Shown here: in pieces, positions 26,826-40,809 of the stretch
How the letters are laid out: each line of letters starts with the position of its first letter
Position numbering within the stretch: position 1 is the first letter of the stretch
Source of the DNA: the human T2T-CHM13v2.0 reference genome, Homo sapiens
Assembly: GCF_009914755.1 (NCBI RefSeq)
Contig: NC_060938.1
Length of the DNA: 64,000 nucleotides
Strand: one strand, 5' to 3'
Translations under genes and position numbers: made by a program
Notes under the pieces: generated by a model
The model's input: the letters and a program-made list of their open reading frames with translations, nothing else
Database searches by the model: none
Told to the model about the DNA's origin: nothing

Positions 26826-27399
26826 AAAGCTCTTAGAGTGACAGAAATGTAAACAAATACTTCTAACGCTAAGAAAAGTTTGTTACATGTTCTAACAAAG
26901 ATTTAAGCAAAATGTTGTGGCTACAAAGAAAAAGATGGGTGAAGAAGAATGGACAAACACTAGGGGAACATGAGAAAGTTCCTGGAAGAATATTGTCATA
27001 TATGAATTGAGACTGGTGCATGGTACAATTTCATATATAAAGATAGTGGGGAAAGCATTCTTGGAAAAGTCTCTTGTTGTGAGGCATTACCCAGAGTTCT
27101 TTGTCTTAAAACCAAGAGAATTAAGGAGCATGGACAGAAAGGGTGAGGTTGGAGTGAAAGTTTAATAAGTGAAGAAAGAAAGCTTTCCACCACAGAGAGG
27201 GGTCCCGGAAGAGGGTTGCCATTTTTACAGTTGAATGCAAAAGAAACTGATGAGGGCTGGGTGTCTCATGTGCATAAGGTGTGAATTTCTGGTAGCTCCA
27301 CCTTGTCCTCCTAATGCGCATGTGGGCTCTTAGCTTGAGTTACTCCATATTGCTTTGTTCCCCTTACTGCACATGTGTTGAGGTGGAATTTTTCATTGC

Positions 27400-27419
27400 A
27401 GGCATGTCTGGGCAAGTCA
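27400..27419. promoter_or_regulatory. p53-family response element (0-bp spacer)
   Basis: AGGCATGTCT GGGCAAGTCA = 19/20 match to RRRCWWGYYY x2. Confidence 0.7.
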
Positions 27420-27450
27420 CCTGTTTAGCCTTTCTTATCTGTGTGGCTGT

Positions 27451-27475
27451 GGGCATGTCCTAGTTAGGCAAGTCC
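27451..27475. promoter_or_regulatory. Second p53-type element (5-bp spacer)
   Basis: GGGCATGTCC tagtt AGGCAAGTCC; both half-sites match RRRCWWGYYY. Confidence 0.45.
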
Positions 27476-27599
27476 CATTTTCCAAGTTCTCTTATCTGTG
27501 CCTGCAGGCTGTTCTTTCCTTTGAGAGAATTCAGCCAAGGACCCACCCTAACTGCCTGCCTGACCACTTTCTTCCTTTCTCCTCTCTCATAATGATGTA

Positions 27600-27840
27600 A
27601 CAGTAAAAATACCTGAGTTCAAATCCTGATTTTTCCTTTTAATAGCTGTTGATTTTGGGCTATGTGCTTAAAAAACATTTTTTGCAGAGCTTTCTCAATA
27701 CTTGGCACATTATTGTCACTGTTTCTCCCTGGATCTTAGTTTTTTGGGTTGCTAAGTGAGCATAATAATCCATAGTTCAGAAACTTTTGTGAAATAATGT
27801 ATGTCAAAGAGCATGGTTTTTAGCAGGTACTTTCATTCAT
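27600..27840 (+). mobile_element. MIR (degenerate)
   Basis: ACCTGAGTTCAAATCCTG...TAGCTGTTGATTTTGGGC...AATAATGTATGTCAAAG. Confidence 0.6.
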
Positions 27841-28919
27841 AGAGATAGTAGCTGAGTTTAGGTGACCCGTTAAATTTGGGAAAGGATTATTTAAAGTCAA
27901 GGAGCAGATCCATTATGACACCATAATTAGAATGGATAACCACATCCGCAGAAAGTGCGCTGCACTATGAGTAAATGTAATTTTGTTCATAAAGTGCTGG
28001 GCCTAGGGTTAGGGGAGATAAGTTCTTAATATGTCTTAATATAGCCTTGGGTTCTGGGATATGCTAAAAAATTATTCAACTCATTAGTGTCTCAGTATCC
28101 TTGTGCTTAAAATTATTATTATAAAAATACCTGAATGTGAACTTAACCTCTTCTTGAGAGTTTCAGTAAGGAAAGTGAGGCTCACTTCTTTCTGGAACAT
28201 TAAACTTAAGCAGGAAGGTGCCACATGAAGTATTATATCATAATGGAAGCAATGTAAAAAGAAGAGTGAGTCACTTCATCAACTTCACAATGCAAAGGTG
28301 CTACCATAAGTCATAATTCTAATACAAAGATTTATATAAATAATGATTCTGGGATTAGCCAGATCTCCTAATGTTCTAGGGTTTGTCATCATGAATTGTG
28401 GTATCACTTAGTAAGTACATACTTAAAGAGAAGAATAGGAGGGGAGGGAATGTTAGAAGAATAGTGAACAACTAAAAAAATGTGAGAGATAACCTGGAGA
28501 GAAAAGCAAAAGGACAAGGCAACACAGGAAAAAGCAAAGTGGAGAAACAGATATGCCTAGCAAGAGGAAACCAAAGTTAGCCCGGTAGGGTATTGTTGCA
28601 AAAGGAAAGCCGGCCTTGTCATTTATCTAACCAAACATTCCACTCCTCAGTGATGGGGTAGCTGCTCTTTGAAAGACAAGCAACTGTGATGGGGACCTGT
28701 CAGTCTTCCTTACATGCAGCTGGTTCTCTAAATATTCCAACGATTCCTATCATTTTCTGTAGGAGTACCTGCAAAACTGGAAGGCTAGGCTGATGGCTTT
28801 TTCTCCATTAAGCAGTAAACACGTTAAGCAAGCTTGAGCCAGGTTCTGGAGGAGGTCATCTTGCAAGGATAAAAAACATTGCATTTATTGGATGAATACT
28901 TAATGCACGGTTTGCCTTA

Positions 28920-29060
28920 TCCCTACCTTAGAGATGAGAAAACTGAGGCTAAGACTAGCTAAGTAATTTACCCATGTTTGCATGGCTTGCTGATGATGGA
29001 TCCGGATTTGAATTCCATTTTGTCTGACTCCATAAATCATACTCATGCTAGTACACTGCC
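28920..29060 (-). mobile_element. MIR
   Basis: AGATGAGAAAACTGAGGCT...AAGTAATTTACCCA...GGATTTGAATTC...GTCTGACTCCA. Confidence 0.8.
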
Positions 29061-30398
29061 CTGGCCTGGATGGGCCATTTTACATTGTGTTTTTCTTTTA
29101 TAGACATTAATATGTGTAATAAATAGAATGGGAGTATGTATTATTAAATGTTAATTTTGAAATATAAGATTGTTTTCAGATGGAATATCCTTTTCATTCT
29201 TTATGATCCTTAATGCTGATTTGAAAATTAGAATAGGAAAGGTATGGCAAGTGTGTATTTGTGATGGGAGTAGCTAACACTGCTCACTTTAACAGTAAAG
29301 CTCTGCCATCTGGGTTATTGCAAATTCTTGTAAATTGGTATGGCCTGTCCTGCTGTCCTGGAAAGGGAGCAACTAGCACAAGAGAAACCAATCAAAATGC
29401 AGCAAAAGGATTTTTTTTTTTTGGTAAGATTTTGCTTAATTATCACTGCAGTAGAATGGCTAGCCAAAGTCAGAAATCTTTTATTTCTGCTCAGTGAGCA
29501 GCCCAATAAAGCTTCAGAACATACAGCACAAACAAATGCCATTTCATTTTTCTTTACTTCTTAAAAAAAGTTAATCAGGAATTTGTTAGAATAATCCTGT
29601 GTTAAATCAAGCAGCCAGACAATGAAATAGGAATTAAAGAAAATGAAAGTGGTGGGAATTATAGAAATATTAAATTATTTCAAAAACCCTACCAAGTGAA
29701 TTGGTTAATAAGCATGTACAATTTATTGCCCTATGGGTCCTCTTTTTACAGGCATCTTTATGGTTCATCAGTTTGCTCCCATCTACACCACCTGCCTATA
29801 ATTCTTGACAAAAGTCTGTTTTAGATACTGAAAGTATCCACTAGATTTGAGAACAAAGCAACCCTGTAGCGTGAGCCCAGAGTCCAGAAGGATGTGGGTG
29901 GAGGCGGATCAGGATCCAAGATTTTAGCAAAAGATGGCTTGCTTAAGTGAAGCAGTTTGCACTCTGCCTCTTTATTCAGTTAGGCCTGGTGTCCCTTCCA
30001 GCAAGAAAAGCAACTGGAGGTCCTGAAATTGCACACTCACCCAATTTCCCCAAATTCTTTACTTCTGAGGACTATTGAATCACAGAGATACAGCAGTAGA
30101 CTTCATGAAGTTCATCTAGCACCTAGGATCTTGGGATCTATGGCCCGGGACAGCTCCTGCTGTACAGGTCTTGGGTAGGCTGCCATCCTCTAGGTGGTGG
30201 CGGCAGTGTGGCTTGTGGTTCTTTTTGAGTGTACACTGGCTGCCTTACTTGCGAGAATCTAGTTCTATCAAGTGTCAGTTAAAGGCCGTTTTTGTCTCTG
30301 ATTGCATAACAGGGTATGTTTGAGAGAGACATCGCTGAGAGAAATTCAAAGCTACCATGTGAAGATCCTTTCCTGAATATAGTGTGGCTACCTCAGAT

Positions 30399-30610
30399 CA
30401 GGATTCTCAAGCTTGGCAGTTTTGACATTTTGGACTGGATTCTTTTTTGATGTGGGGAAACTACCTGTGCACTGAAGGATGCTTTGCAGCATCTGAGGAT
30501 GACCCACTAGATATTAGTAGCACCTTTCTCCCATGGTAACAAACAAAAATGTCTCCAGACATTTCCACATGTCTTCTGTAGGGCAAAATCCCACTGGCTA
30601 AAAGCCAGTG
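30399..30610 (-). mobile_element. MER20
   Basis: CAGGATTCTCAAGCTTGGCAGTTTTGACATTTTGGAC...AAAAATGTCTCCAGACATT...GGGCAAAATC. Confidence 0.88.
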
Positions 30611-30794
30611 ATGGAGTTTGTACTCTTTGAAATAAGACCACTGACTTTTTGTCTTCCACCTAATTACGCTCAGTAAGATAAGGCCTTCTTTTGAGGTAGA
30701 CTTTCAACATCTATCTCTGATTCTTTTTGAGAAAACATGTTGCATTTTAATCTTTTAGTGACTGATTGTCCCCAAATGTAAAATAGAAAGTTGA

Positions 30795-31105
30795 GGGAGG
30801 CAGTAGTTATATGCACATATTTTTTGAGCCAGAGTTCCCTGAGTTTGAGTTAAGGTGTCCTGAGTTTTGAGTTAAAGTTCCATGAGTTTGCTACCAATTA
30901 GCTATGAAACCTGGGCCGAGTTAAAAGTTAGACCTTTACAGTCTTAAGTCTCCCTTTTTCATGTGTAAGACAAGGGAGAATAATGATTGTACCTTTTTCA
31001 TAGGTTTTGATGATGGTTAAATGAGTTGAAGTAGTGAAAGCTCATAGCACAATGGCTGGCCCATGTTGAATGCCTAATGAATGTTTGCTATAATTACTAC
31101 TGTTG
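30795..31105 (+). mobile_element. MIR with a small internal tandem expansion
   Basis: GAGGCAGTAG...AGCTATGAAACCTGGGC...CATAGGTTTTGATGATGGTTAAATGAG; CCTGAGTTTGAGTTAA repeated at 30838-30890. Confidence 0.7.
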
Positions 31106-31217
31106 ATGATAATACTTTTGAAAACATAGTTGACTTGTTATAATTAAGCCAGTGTTTACATCTGCTTTACCAAATACTTCCCATGGTTTTTATCTCAGAA
31201 AATAGACTCAAAAGTGA

Positions 31218-31240
31218 ACACACACACACACACACACACA
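31218..31240. repeat. (AC)11 microsatellite
   Basis: Perfect run. Confidence 0.95.
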
Positions 31241-32344
31241 TATATACCACACATATGTACAACCTGCATCGTCTAATAAGCTCAGTGGTTCCATATACTA
31301 TATCTTTGGCCAAATCCGGGGCTTTCTGATTAGCACCTCTAGTTTTTTTTTTTTTTTCTTCCCACTCCTGCTATAACCATTCTCAGCATTTTCTTCCAGT
31401 TTTTTCCTTCTAGAACTACTGCCAGGTGAACTACAAATTATTTTCTTGATTTGCAGCCCATGCACCAATGAGAAAATGCCTATGGTGTCTTTTGATTTTA
31501 TGGTTCATTGCTTAGGCCTTGTCATAAAAACCATGGCGTCTCTAAAAAGAAAATATAAAACAAAAACAACTTCCTCTTGGCCAGAGTTTATCAAACCTAT
31601 GCCCATAATGGCATAGAAATATAGGAAATGAGACAATCCTACTCCCCCAATCCCCGTTTTCTGTTTATTTGTTTGATTCCTGCCAAAGCAAAGTGACCTT
31701 GAGGGGGCACCGGCTCAGTGTTTGCTTTTTCTGGCGTTACCCACACCCCTCCTTCTTCATCTCCTACTGCTCCCCATTCAGCTCCTCAACAATCGGCAAT
31801 CACTCTGCCCTTCTGCTCCAAATTTATGACCGGGAGCAAGCCATAAACAGAGAAGGCCAATCCTGATCCTAGGCACTGCACCTTCCTGTTTGCCAGAGGT
31901 ATGACAGCTTGATGGGACTGTAAAGAATAAGCCTGCATCCCCACAAGCCTCATGAATCATGTCCTAGGATAATGACTAGCAAAGGCTGCTGCAGAGACTG
32001 CAGGTGACTCAGAGCCCTGAGGCAGGGCTTTCCCTAAACCACCTAGAACAAAGGGTTCCCATGGATGTTCTCTCTGTGGCGTCATCTCACAAATGAGAAG
32101 ACCTCACCCACTCTCTGATCTATAAAAGCAGCCTTTTTATTCTGTGATCCATGTGAAATGGCAAAGATCACTCCAGCTTATTGATGCTCAGAGAATTATG
32201 AAGGTGCCACCTGAATGATACTCCTATAGGAAATATTTGGTGAACAAGATAACGTTTTTTCATGGATACTATTTGCCTCCTCCAGTTGCCGCTTGGTGTG
32301 TATATTATTCGCCAGTGATTGATAATGCCTCGGGACCACCTAGT

Positions 32345-32430
32345 GATCTTGTTCAGTTTCTAATTTAGTTGATCTGAGGTGGGGCCTGAGAATTTGCATA
32401 TTTTAAAAACTCCCAAGTGATGCTGATGCA
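32345..32430 (-). mobile_element. MER5A fragment
   Basis: TCTGAGGTGGGGCCTGAGAATTTGCAT...CTCCCAAGTGATGCTGATGC. Confidence 0.75.
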
Positions 32431-32612
32431 AAACAGCTAGAAGAGAATAATAATTCAAATAAATGTTCCTGGTGTAAAGGAAAGATAAATATTTCAGGTG
32501 ATGGATATCCTAATTACCCTGATGTGATTGTATGAATGTATCAAATTATTCCAGGTACCCTGAAAATATGTATATCTAATGGGTACCAAAAACAATAAAT
32601 AAATAATAAAAA
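32431..32612 (+). mobile_element. L1MA 3' end fragment
   Basis: GCTAGAAGAG...AGGTGATGGATATCCTAATTACCCTGAT...TATCAAATTAT..GTACCC...A-rich tail. Confidence 0.8.
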
Positions 32613-33392
32613 TCTGCTTTCACCAACTGATCTAGGTTTAAGCAATGGAGTAACATGACACCAGTATAACACCTTTTGCATTTCTGAAAGCTTCCTTCCC
32701 CTCCTCTTTCCCCTCCCCTCCTCTCCTTTCCTTTCCTTCTAGATCTGACAGTAGTAGCTGCAGCTTATGCTTTAGATTTGAGATACACAGTTGGGATCTA
32801 TGATGGTCCCTGAGAAAGGACAATGAGTAGAAGAAGCAAGGTGCAGAGAGGATCTAACAATTTTTGCATGGACATGAGATTTGGAGCAAGGTCTAGAAGC
32901 TCATATCAGCAAGGAGTAAGTATGCTTGTGGCTTAAAGATTATGGTCCTCAAGACTTGCTCCTGGACTGGAAATATTCCCCTAATTTTTTGCCTAAATGA
33001 AATGTGCTACAGGCCTGAGTATACCTAAATCAGCTTCATTTTTCTGTCAAATCCCTCCCTGTATGCTTCTTCCAGTGATATGTCATGCAGATGTCCACAG
33101 GGGACATAGGATCTTGTAGTGCAAAAAACATGAGACTTTCATCAGACAATCAGTCTTGACTCTCAGACTCACTGTTGATTCTATGACCTAGCTCAAGCTA
33201 CTTAACTCTCTAAGGTTAAATATCCTCCTCTATAAAAACCTGATAGTATGTACTAAAGAGGGTATTTTTGAAAATTACATGAGATAAAACAGCCTAGAAT
33301 GCTATCTGATGCAATAGTCATCCAGTAAATTTTAATATCATTCTACTTTGAACCAGGTTGTTTATATTAAATTTAACAGAATTAAGCAACAT

Positions 33393-33605
33393 ACAGTAGC
33401 GATTTATTCTGTGGGCTCTGGAGTCTGCCTGTAAGGGTTTGAGCTCTAGCTCAGCGACTTCTTTACTGTGTGAACATTGATATGTTTACTTTAATCTCTC
33501 TAGGCCTTAGTTTTCTGGATTTTGAGGCTTAAATGAGTTATTAATTGTAAAACACTTAGGAGAGTCTCTGCTATGTAATAAGTGTTCCCAATATATAGAT
33601 TTTAT
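33393..33605 (+). mobile_element. MIR
   Basis: GGGCTCTGGAGTC...GGGTTTGAG...TAATCTCTCTAGGCCTTAGTTTTC...GTAAAACACTTAG; a second degraded MIR at ~33110-33340. Confidence 0.7.
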
Positions 33606-34890
33606 TTCATCTAGTTGAATTTAGAGAGTAGCAAGCCACTCCCTTCCTGCCCCACCCCCGAAAAAAAAAAAAAACACACCACCACCAACAACCCACTTTT
33701 AGTGTGGCACCATATCTAAGAAGGTATTCTCCAAGACTTCTTTATGTGAAGTAGTTCAGCCTTGGCAGAGTTAAAAGTTTTCAGTTATAATCTTGACAAA
33801 AATTAATTGGGATGTATCATCAATCTAGACAATAGCTAAAATTATAAAGCTTCTAGGAGAAAACATGGGAAAATATCTTTGAAAGTGTGAAATAGGCAAC
33901 AATATTTTAGAATACAAAAGCACTAAGTATATAAAAGAAAGTATCAATAGATTCAACTTAATGAAAACAAAAATTCAGCTCATCAAAATATATACCTAAG
34001 AAAATTAAAGGGTAAATTTTAAAATTTTTGTTCCCCAGACATAGACTGGGAGAAAATATTTTCAGGATATATATCTAAAAAAGGACCTGTATTCACAACA
34101 TATGAGGATCTCCTGCAAATCAAAAATAAACACAAACAATAAAAATAGGCACTTTATAAAAAAGATATGTGAATGGTCAATAGTCCCATGCAAAGATATT
34201 CCACATCTTTAGTAATCAAGAAATTGTATATTAAAATCACAGTGATGTATCATTTTATACCAACTAAAATAGTTAAAATTTAAAAGACGGACAACACCAA
34301 ATATTGGTGAGCATTAGAACTACTGAAATTGTCATACTTTGCACATGGGAATGTAAGATGATAAAACCACTTTGGAAAAATTGCAGTTTTTAATATAGTT
34401 AAACATAAATCTAAACTAAGACTTCGTAAGTTTACTTTTACATATTTATCCAAAAGAAATGGAAACATATATACACAATGACATAAAAATGTTCACATTA
34501 GCTCTTTAATAGTCTCAAAATGAAAACAAGACAGGTATCCATCAAGAGTATGGATAAACAAAACACAGTATATTCCTATGATGGAATACTAATATTCAAT
34601 AAAAATAATAAACTACAAGTAAATGCAACAACATGTATGCATCTCAAATACAGTATATTTTTGTGGAGAGAAAGACACCAAAGAGTACATACTATATAAT
34701 TTCATTTATATGAAGTTCAAAACTAGGCAAAATTAACCTGTGTTATTACAGAAAACAATACTAATTGCCTATGAGTATTGGCAGGAAGGGGCATGAGAGA
34801 GCTTTGTGGGATGGCAGAAATGCTCTACATTCTGATGGGAGTGTTGGTTTCAGGGGTACATTGATTTGTTAAAACTCATCCAGTTGTATA

Positions 34891-36294
<1,404 letters not shown>

Positions 36295-37417
36295 TACCTA
36301 AAATCATGGGCTCCACTCTGTATAAATTGTACCACAATTTAAAAATGTATATCATATATATATTTAAATATTATAATAAAACTAATTTTGAATTATTCTT
36401 GATTCTAGGCAGTCTCTCTGCAGGAGTCTCACTCTGTTTGTTAGACTCTTTTCTTCCACCAGAATTTCTGTCCTGCAGCTCACCATTATCTAGAAAACTG
36501 AGAAACAGGAATATCATAACAGTAAACAAAAGTCACTTAGTTGATTACATGCATCTCTCAAAAGCCTGTACCTTCTGCTATGATTAGATTATTCCAGAAG
36601 CCTCTTCTGGAGGAATCTCTTACATTTGCCCTTCATCTATGGGATTCTGCACTTTCGCCTTTCTGTTTCTGTGTTGTCCTGAGATATCTCATGTAGAAAT
36701 GAATTGATGGCCCTTTATACTGCGGTTGGACTCTTCATTCAGATTTTTTCAAAGCACATTATAAACTCTAATTCATTAACGTCATCATAAATGGTAATGT
36801 CCTGTGAAAAAGAGAGGTGGTGGCACCAATTAAAATAATCTTCTTGTAGTCACACATCAAATCAATGTCAGTGCAAACACTTGAACCACCAGTTAATGCA
36901 GCCCCATTTCTTTTTATATTGACAACAGCACAGTGGTTGAAGCTGAAATAGAACCTCAGTTCATACTTATAGAATATGCCATGCTGCACTTAACACATGG
37001 ATCTACAGGGAGAAGGAAACAGAAGTGAACATGGACTAGATGAGAATCTGATGGACGATATGTACCACGTGCTTTGAAATAGCCATAAGGATGTCTGCAC
37101 AAGAATATCCATGCATTCGTTCTTAGAATTTCAGGGCCGGTTGTAGCTCAGTCATTTTGCCATTGACTTAATTGAAATCCAAATCAATGCAGACACTTGC
37201 TCAAGGTCACATAGCTTGTTCTCTCCCAGCTCCCCTGACTGCCGGCCTCAAGCCCCTGCCTCCACAGACTGTGGGCTACAGATTCCCCAAGAGATTTCCT
37301 TATTCCCTGGATTCTCCTAAGTTTGCATAACAGAAGTACTTAAATGCATCACTTCATTTGGGTATGGGATTTTAAATAAATAATATGATACAAATTCTCT
37401 CACACTGCAGAGAGTCT

Positions 37418-37665
37418 AATAATAGCTTACAGTAATAGAATGAACACTCTGTGCCCAGAACTCCTTTGAATATTTTACATAACATTAACTTAATCTTCAC
37501 AATATCCTATGAGGGGATACTATTGTTATCCTCATTTTATTGCTGTGGATGCTGACACATAGGGAGGTTTAAAACCCTGCCCCACATAATGCAGTTTGCT
37601 AGTGATAGAGCCAGAATCAGAATGTTGAAGGTTGGTTCTAGCAGCCACACAGTAATTGCTCTGAC
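37418..37665 (-). mobile_element. MIR
   Basis: AATAATAGC...TTAATCTTCACAATATCCTATGAGG...TATTGTTATCCTCATTTTA...GCTAGTGATAGAGCCAGAAT. Confidence 0.8.
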
Positions 37666-37769
37666 CTATCTCCTTTCTACAGGAAATGGGGTAGAGGAGA
37701 TTCGTTTCCTCTGAAAAAAAAATAGCTAAAACCTCAATGATGAAAACCTATGAGTGACTAATGAGTATG

Positions 37770-37965
37770 ACAGCTAATACTAAATGGACAATTGTCACTG
37801 TGCTAAGTGGTTTATTTCATTTGAATTATCACAACTCAACAAAAAAAAGTTATTTTCATCTTTCTCTTATACATAAAGAAACTGAGGCAGGCGGTGTTAA
37901 AGGAACATGCCTTTAGCCGCACAGGTGGAAAAGAGCATGAACCCAGACAGGCTGGCTCCAGGGAC
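37770..37965 (-). mobile_element. MIR
   Basis: CACTGTGCTAAGTG...CATAAAGAAACTGAGGC...TGAACCCAGACAGGCTGGCTCCAG. Confidence 0.75.
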
Positions 37966-39694
37966 TGCGGCAATGTTGTAATAAAATGGCATTTGTTCAG
38001 TCCAGTTTTAATTGATGAGATACTAAACAGAGTCGGCACTAAAGAAAATTTCCTTGGAGAAACATTTATGCTTAGCTATTTCAGAGCTGGAAAGTCCCTT
38101 TGGTTTGATATAAACGGCCTTCATTTTTATGGAGCTGGCATCAAACTGATTTTAGAAAGAACTGGCCTTTCTCCAAGTTAGCCCTGGTCAGAGGAACCTA
38201 ACACATTTCTCAGTTTAAACTAGTAATTCTCAAGGAAGGGCAAGGTTTGGAGAGAGAGCAGTGCACCGCTAAGGGAGGTATCAGTACCTGGAAGAGGGGA
38301 AGCAAATACATGTTCTGAAAACAAAACATTGCTGGAAGACGGATATCGAACTTGACCTAAGATTTTCTTTTCCATCTCCCCTGGCTAAGATGAACAAGTT
38401 TGCATTGGGCAAGTAGAGTCAGCATTTACACTGGTATCTTGTGCTTGGAGTGAAAAGCAAAATGAAACAAAAAGAGGTTTCTTTTTCTAAAATTGTTTTG
38501 GTTTTGATTTGCGTTTAGTCATAATTCTTAATTTATGTAATTTTTAACATTTCATAAGACAGCATGAGGATTTTGTTTTTGAGGAACATCCATTTTAAGT
38601 TTGAAGAAAATCCATTTAAATGCAGTTGGGCAGAGCTGCCACATGCCTATCCCATCCCTGTTCTGATGGTGGCCCTAAGACGTTTCGAAGAGCTTGGATT
38701 CTACTTATCCAAAACTAATTCTGTACATTTACGGGATCATCAGAATCATGAAAAATGTTTCTAGGGATTCTAGGTTTTTAGTAGAGAGAGAAAATGATTT
38801 CTAGGATAAAATTCAGATAAGCCTTGAGCTAGGAAACTCGTAGTTCATGTTGTTACAAAGAACTAAAGCTGATTTTTCAGAGTACCAGCTTCTCAGAGGA
38901 CCTGAGACTTGCGGATCTCATTTACAGATTCCAAAACCCCTCGCAGTTACACTGGACTGATTTTTGGCTTGGAAAGAGCAGTGGGATACATCCTGCACTA
39001 GCCCTTGTCCTGATGGATTGAGACACAAAGCTTGGCCTGAGCCTCTGTGTCACCAGTGTTAGAGATGATCTTTGTTTCTCCTGCAGGGAGCTTTCTCACT
39101 GCCAAATGGCGTGGGGCTTTCCTAGCTTTAAGATGAAACAAAGAGAATGCATTCTCCCATAGTCTTGTCTCATAGACTCCCATCTCATGAGGAATTATCT
39201 CAAGTAAGTATCACTTTCTAAACAGGTTGCAAAAATCCATTAGACAGGTAGGATTCACCTCGCCTGCCCATTAGGGATCAGAGGCTGCCTGCTGAGAGCC
39301 CATATCTGCAGTGTTTTCTGGGTTTCCTTTTTTGCAATGGCTCTCATACCCTGATGTCACTTGTTTGGTGTGCATGATTGTGCTTAGCCAAAAAGAATGT
39401 GCAGTAGTCACTTGGCCTTTAAGTAGCAGGTAGTGAAAGACAGCAGGGAGAGTGTAACGAATCTTATTCTTTCAGAAAATACTAAGATTATTTTATTTCA
39501 TGTTTCACTCTCATCAACTATTTAATTACATTCATTCATTCATTGATTTAAAACTCATCATGTTGCCACTATTTGCCTGTTCTATGCTAGCACTGGAGAT
39601 CTATGGATGAAGAAGACAAACAAGGATGCTATTCTCATGTGCATTACATTTAATTGTGGATAGGAAATTAAAGCAACTAAACTCACTGAGAATC

Positions 39695-39945
39695 AGAGCT
39701 AACATTTGCCCAGCACTTAGTACATGGCAGGTGCAGTTTTACAGCTTGATGTATGTTAACTCATTTAATTCTTCTAATAAGCCTATAAGGCATAAGCTAT
39801 TATCTGCTTTTAGAGATAAGAAAATGAAGGACTAGAGACTTTAGTTAACTTTCCTAGGGTCACACAGGTAGGAAGTGACAGAGCTGGGATTTGATCCAGG
39901 GCTCCCTGGCTCCAAAGCTCTTGCTTTTAGCCATGATACTATAAT
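39695..39945 (-). mobile_element. MIR, near full length
   Basis: AGCTAACATTT...AACTCATTTAATTCTTC...AACTTTCCTAGGGTCACACAG..AAGTGACAGAGCTGGGATTTGATCCAGG...GGCTCCAAAGC; preceded by an L2 tail (39530-39680). Confidence 0.88.
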
Positions 39946-40057
39946 GCATTGAATAATGGGCGATATCTACCTTTCCTTGATGGTCAGGAAGAAAGGTCAA
40001 AAGAAAGGTTGTTAGAGCTAAAATCTGAAAGAGGAGAAAAGTTTTTCAGATAAAGAG

Positions 40058-40145
40058 AGTGTGCGTGTGTATTTTGTATGTGAGTATTGTGCGTGTTCTA
40101 TGTGTGCTGTATGCCGTGTGTGTGTGTTGTGTGTGTGTATTGTGT
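40058..40145. repeat. Degenerate (TG)n tract within an L2 relic
   Basis: TG-rich run. Confidence 0.75.
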
Positions 40146-40477
40146 TGGGATAGAGCAGCAACACAACAGTGTCCCTAGCGGAAGAAGTAATGTCTGTGAT
40201 GGTAAGGGAAAAGAGGGTGAAAGTGAGAAAAGAGTGAGAGAGAGGCTTGGACAACTTAAACAACTGGAAGGCCAGCAGGATAATGGTTATGGTAGAGGTG
40301 GAGAGAAATATGAAGTTGGAATGGGATGGGATCAGGGACACATCATGCCAAGTCTTCTATGCCACATTGGGAATGGAAAGTCATGAAAAGATTTTAAGCT
40401 GGAGAGTTACCTAATTTATCATAGATTTTAAAAAGATTCCTCTTGCAGCTGGGTCTTAAGAATTAGTGGCTCTTCAT

Positions 40478-40809
40478 TGATGAGTTCATGTCCTTTGTAG
40501 TGACATGGATGAAGCTGGAAACCATCATTCTCAGCAAACTATCGCAAGGACAAAAAACCAAACACCGCATGTTCTCACTCATAGGTAGGAATTGAACAAT
40601 GAAAACACATGGACACAGGAAGGGGAACATCACACACCGGGGCCTGTTGTGGGGTGGGGGGAGGGGGGAGGGATAGCATTAGGAGATATATCTAATGTTA
40701 AATGATGAGTTAATGGGTGCAGCACACCAACATGCCACATGTATACATATGTAACAAACCTGCACGTTATGCACATGTACCCTAAAACTTAAAGTATATA
40801 AAAGAAAAA
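40478..40809 (+). mobile_element. L1PA4-like 3' end, 5'-truncated
   Basis: Close match to the young L1 3'UTR incl. G-tract; perfect 17-bp TSD AAGAATTAGTGGCTCTT (40458-40474, 40810-40826); TT/AAGA endonuclease site. Confidence 0.96.

Larger units (their letters stand above)
27062..27589 (-). mobile_element. ERV1 solo LTR, MER61-family-like
   Basis: Minus strand begins TGAGAGAGGAGAAAGGAAGAAAGTGGTCAGGCAGGCAGTTAGGGTGGGTCC; ATTAAA poly(A) signal; U5 ends ACAAAGAACTCTGGGTAATGCCTCACAAC. Confidence 0.8.

Noticed and set aside
36594-36610. Small hairpin CCAGAAG-CCT-CTTCTGG as terminator or miRNA
   Set aside because: A 7-bp stem is expected by chance and is too short for a pre-miRNA.
40018-40386. Overlapping 99-107 aa ORFs on both strands
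   Set aside because: Derived from low-complexity (TG)n and L2 relic sequence.
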